The position numbers and the translations under genes were made by a program. A DNA stretch of 5,396 nucleotides from a virus. The notes under the pieces were generated by a model. That model saw only the letters and a program-made list of their open reading frames with translations. It had not been told where the DNA came from and ran no database searches. The stretch is taken from the IMG/VR virus record IMGVR_UViG_3300045988_015739; one strand, given 5' to 3'. Of the stretch, positions 4,747 through 5,396 are shown piece by piece (the first letter of the stretch is position 1; each line of letters begins with the position of its first letter).

Positions 4747-4798
4747 TAAGCCGAAGCCTTACCGCTTGCATACAGCGAACCTTCGGACGCAAGCTTAT
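4747..4798. other. Dyad-symmetry-rich block in the VP4-to-basic-protein intergenic region, with ATAAGC..GCTTAT, GCTTGC..GCAAGC and CCGAAG..CTTCGG pairs.
   Basis: Forward sequence ATAAGCcgaagccttaccGCTTGCatacagcgaaCCTTCGGacGCAAGCTTAT. Three mutually complementary 6-mers could form alternative or branched stem-loops. No clean -35/-10 was identified nearby. Candidate roles are a regulatory element for the late operon or a transcript-processing site. Confidence 0.35.
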
Positions 4799-4855
4799 CC
4801 TGATGGTCCGCACACTCCAAAAGAGTTTTCACCAGCGTATCAAAACCTAAAATAC

Positions 4856-5341
4856 TCAAACTGAAGACCTCCTTAACATCTTAGCAACTGCTTCTTTCTG
4901 ACGGGCTTCTACTTCCAAACGATTTTTTGTGCCATACGTTGTCTTTGTGTCCTTCTCCTTGTCCAGCTCAGTTACAATCTTCTGACGAATCTCCTTCATG
5001 CGCGCCAGCGCCTCGGGATCTTCTTTTTCGAGGAGTCGGTCAAAGTATCGAGGGACTGTAAACTTAATGCCTCCTTCCTGGCCTGGGATATTGATATAGC
5101 GATAATCGTAGACCTCCGGATGGTCCTGGTAGTATCGGCCAGCTATACCAGGTTTACGGGACATGAGGGTAAACGGAGCTTCGAGTCCAAACGACTCGAA
5201 AAACTGAGGGAAGAAGGTATTGGATTTCTTGGCAGTGTAGCGGGCAGTATAGGCGCAGGTTTCCCAACTGCAAGGGGATAATACAATTCTTCCATACGGC
5301 TCATAGATAACTCCGTTCTCCTCGAAGCTTTCTTCTGCAAG
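4856..5341 (-). CDS. VP4: Replication initiation protein VP4, C-terminal 161 codons plus TGA stop. This is contiguous with 603..1 across the circular junction.
   Basis: The frame read in from position 1 continues ...DSYAP|LAEESFEENGVIYEPYGRIVLSPCSWETCAYTARYTAKKSNTFFPQFFESFGLEAPFTLMSRKPGIAGRYYQDHPEVYDY...KMLRRSSV*. It contains RCR motif 3 with a paired Tyr (AYTARYTAKK), like phiX174 YVAKYVNKK. The supplied 102-aa ORF 4856..5164 is the tail of this same frame. The supplied 68-aa ORF 5143..5349 is a different frame and was rejected. Confidence 0.9.
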   Translation of the reverse strand, partial: LAEESFEENGVIYEPYGRIVLSPCSWETCAYTARYTAKKSNTFFPQFFESFGLEAPFTLMSRKPGIAGRYYQDHPEVYDYRYINIPGQEGGIKFTVPRYFDRLLEKEDPEALARMKEIRQKIVTELDKEKDTKTTYGTKNRLEVEARQKEAVAKMLRRSSV

Positions 5342-5396
5342 GGGAGCATAACTATCCTTGCTTGTACCTTGGAGGTTATCTATATTATAGCACTTT
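5342..5396. repeat. Terminal direct repeat, copy 2. This is the redundant end of the circular genome.
   Basis: Exact 55-nt match to positions 1-55. Confidence 0.95.

Noticed and set aside
5143-5349. 68-aa minus-strand ORF
   Set aside because: It lies in the +1 frame relative to the continuous VP4 reading frame that carries RCR motif 3. It is an out-of-frame artefact.
1-5396. Search for tRNA, rRNA, CRISPR repeats, integrase or att sites
   Set aside because: No cloverleaf-like or regularly spaced repeat structures were seen. Coding density and gene content are fully explained by a lytic microvirus genome.

Overview
This window is a complete circular Microviridae (gokushovirus-like ssDNA phage) genome, linearised with a 55-nt terminal redundancy. 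Positions 1-55 are identical to 5342-5396, so the unit genome is 5341 nt. All genes lie on the minus strand of the window, meaning the window shows the complementary strand and the virion/mRNA strand is the reverse complement. Gene order in the transcription direction, with minus-strand start and end coordinates: VP4 rolling-circle replication initiator (362 aa; it runs 603->1, crosses the artificial junction and continues 5341->4856), a 36-aa highly basic J/ORF8-like protein (4705..4595), a 71-aa ORF (4598..4383), an 81-aa ORF (4386..4141), a 44-aa ORF (4123..3989), VP3 internal scaffolding protein (3989..3456), VP1 major capsid protein (3456..1771), VP2 DNA pilot/minor capsid protein (1711..806) and a 35-aa hydrophobic peptide (714..607). 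The 35-aa peptide is translationally coupled to the TTG start of VP4 and sits behind a near-consensus sigma70 promoter with an extended -10 (737..765). The small ORFs are chained by ATGA/TGATG/TAATG stop-start overlaps, and every ORF has a recognisable Shine-Dalgarno sequence. Non-coding structure includes a perfect 12-bp hairpin after VP1 followed by a short U-tract (terminator/attenuator-like, 1730..1758). There is also a perfect 12-bp GC-rich hairpin (765..799) plus a 7-bp hairpin forming the promoter spacer in the VP2-to-VP4 intergenic region, and a dyad-rich block (4747..4798) downstream of VP4. The coding strand strongly avoids A-ending codons: VP1 has no TTA, CTA or TCA codons, which produces a 599-codon stop-free antisense frame and very hydrophobic alternative-frame ORFs. 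These are artefacts, not genes. No tRNA, rRNA, CRISPR or integrase was found. The most novel candidate is the 35-aa promoter-driven transmembrane peptide (MESLLVVALMFGLLWLTKNVLWKAIDFLRDIFGRR). It is a plausible single-gene lysis or membrane-active protein in a phage group whose lysis mechanism is generally undefined.
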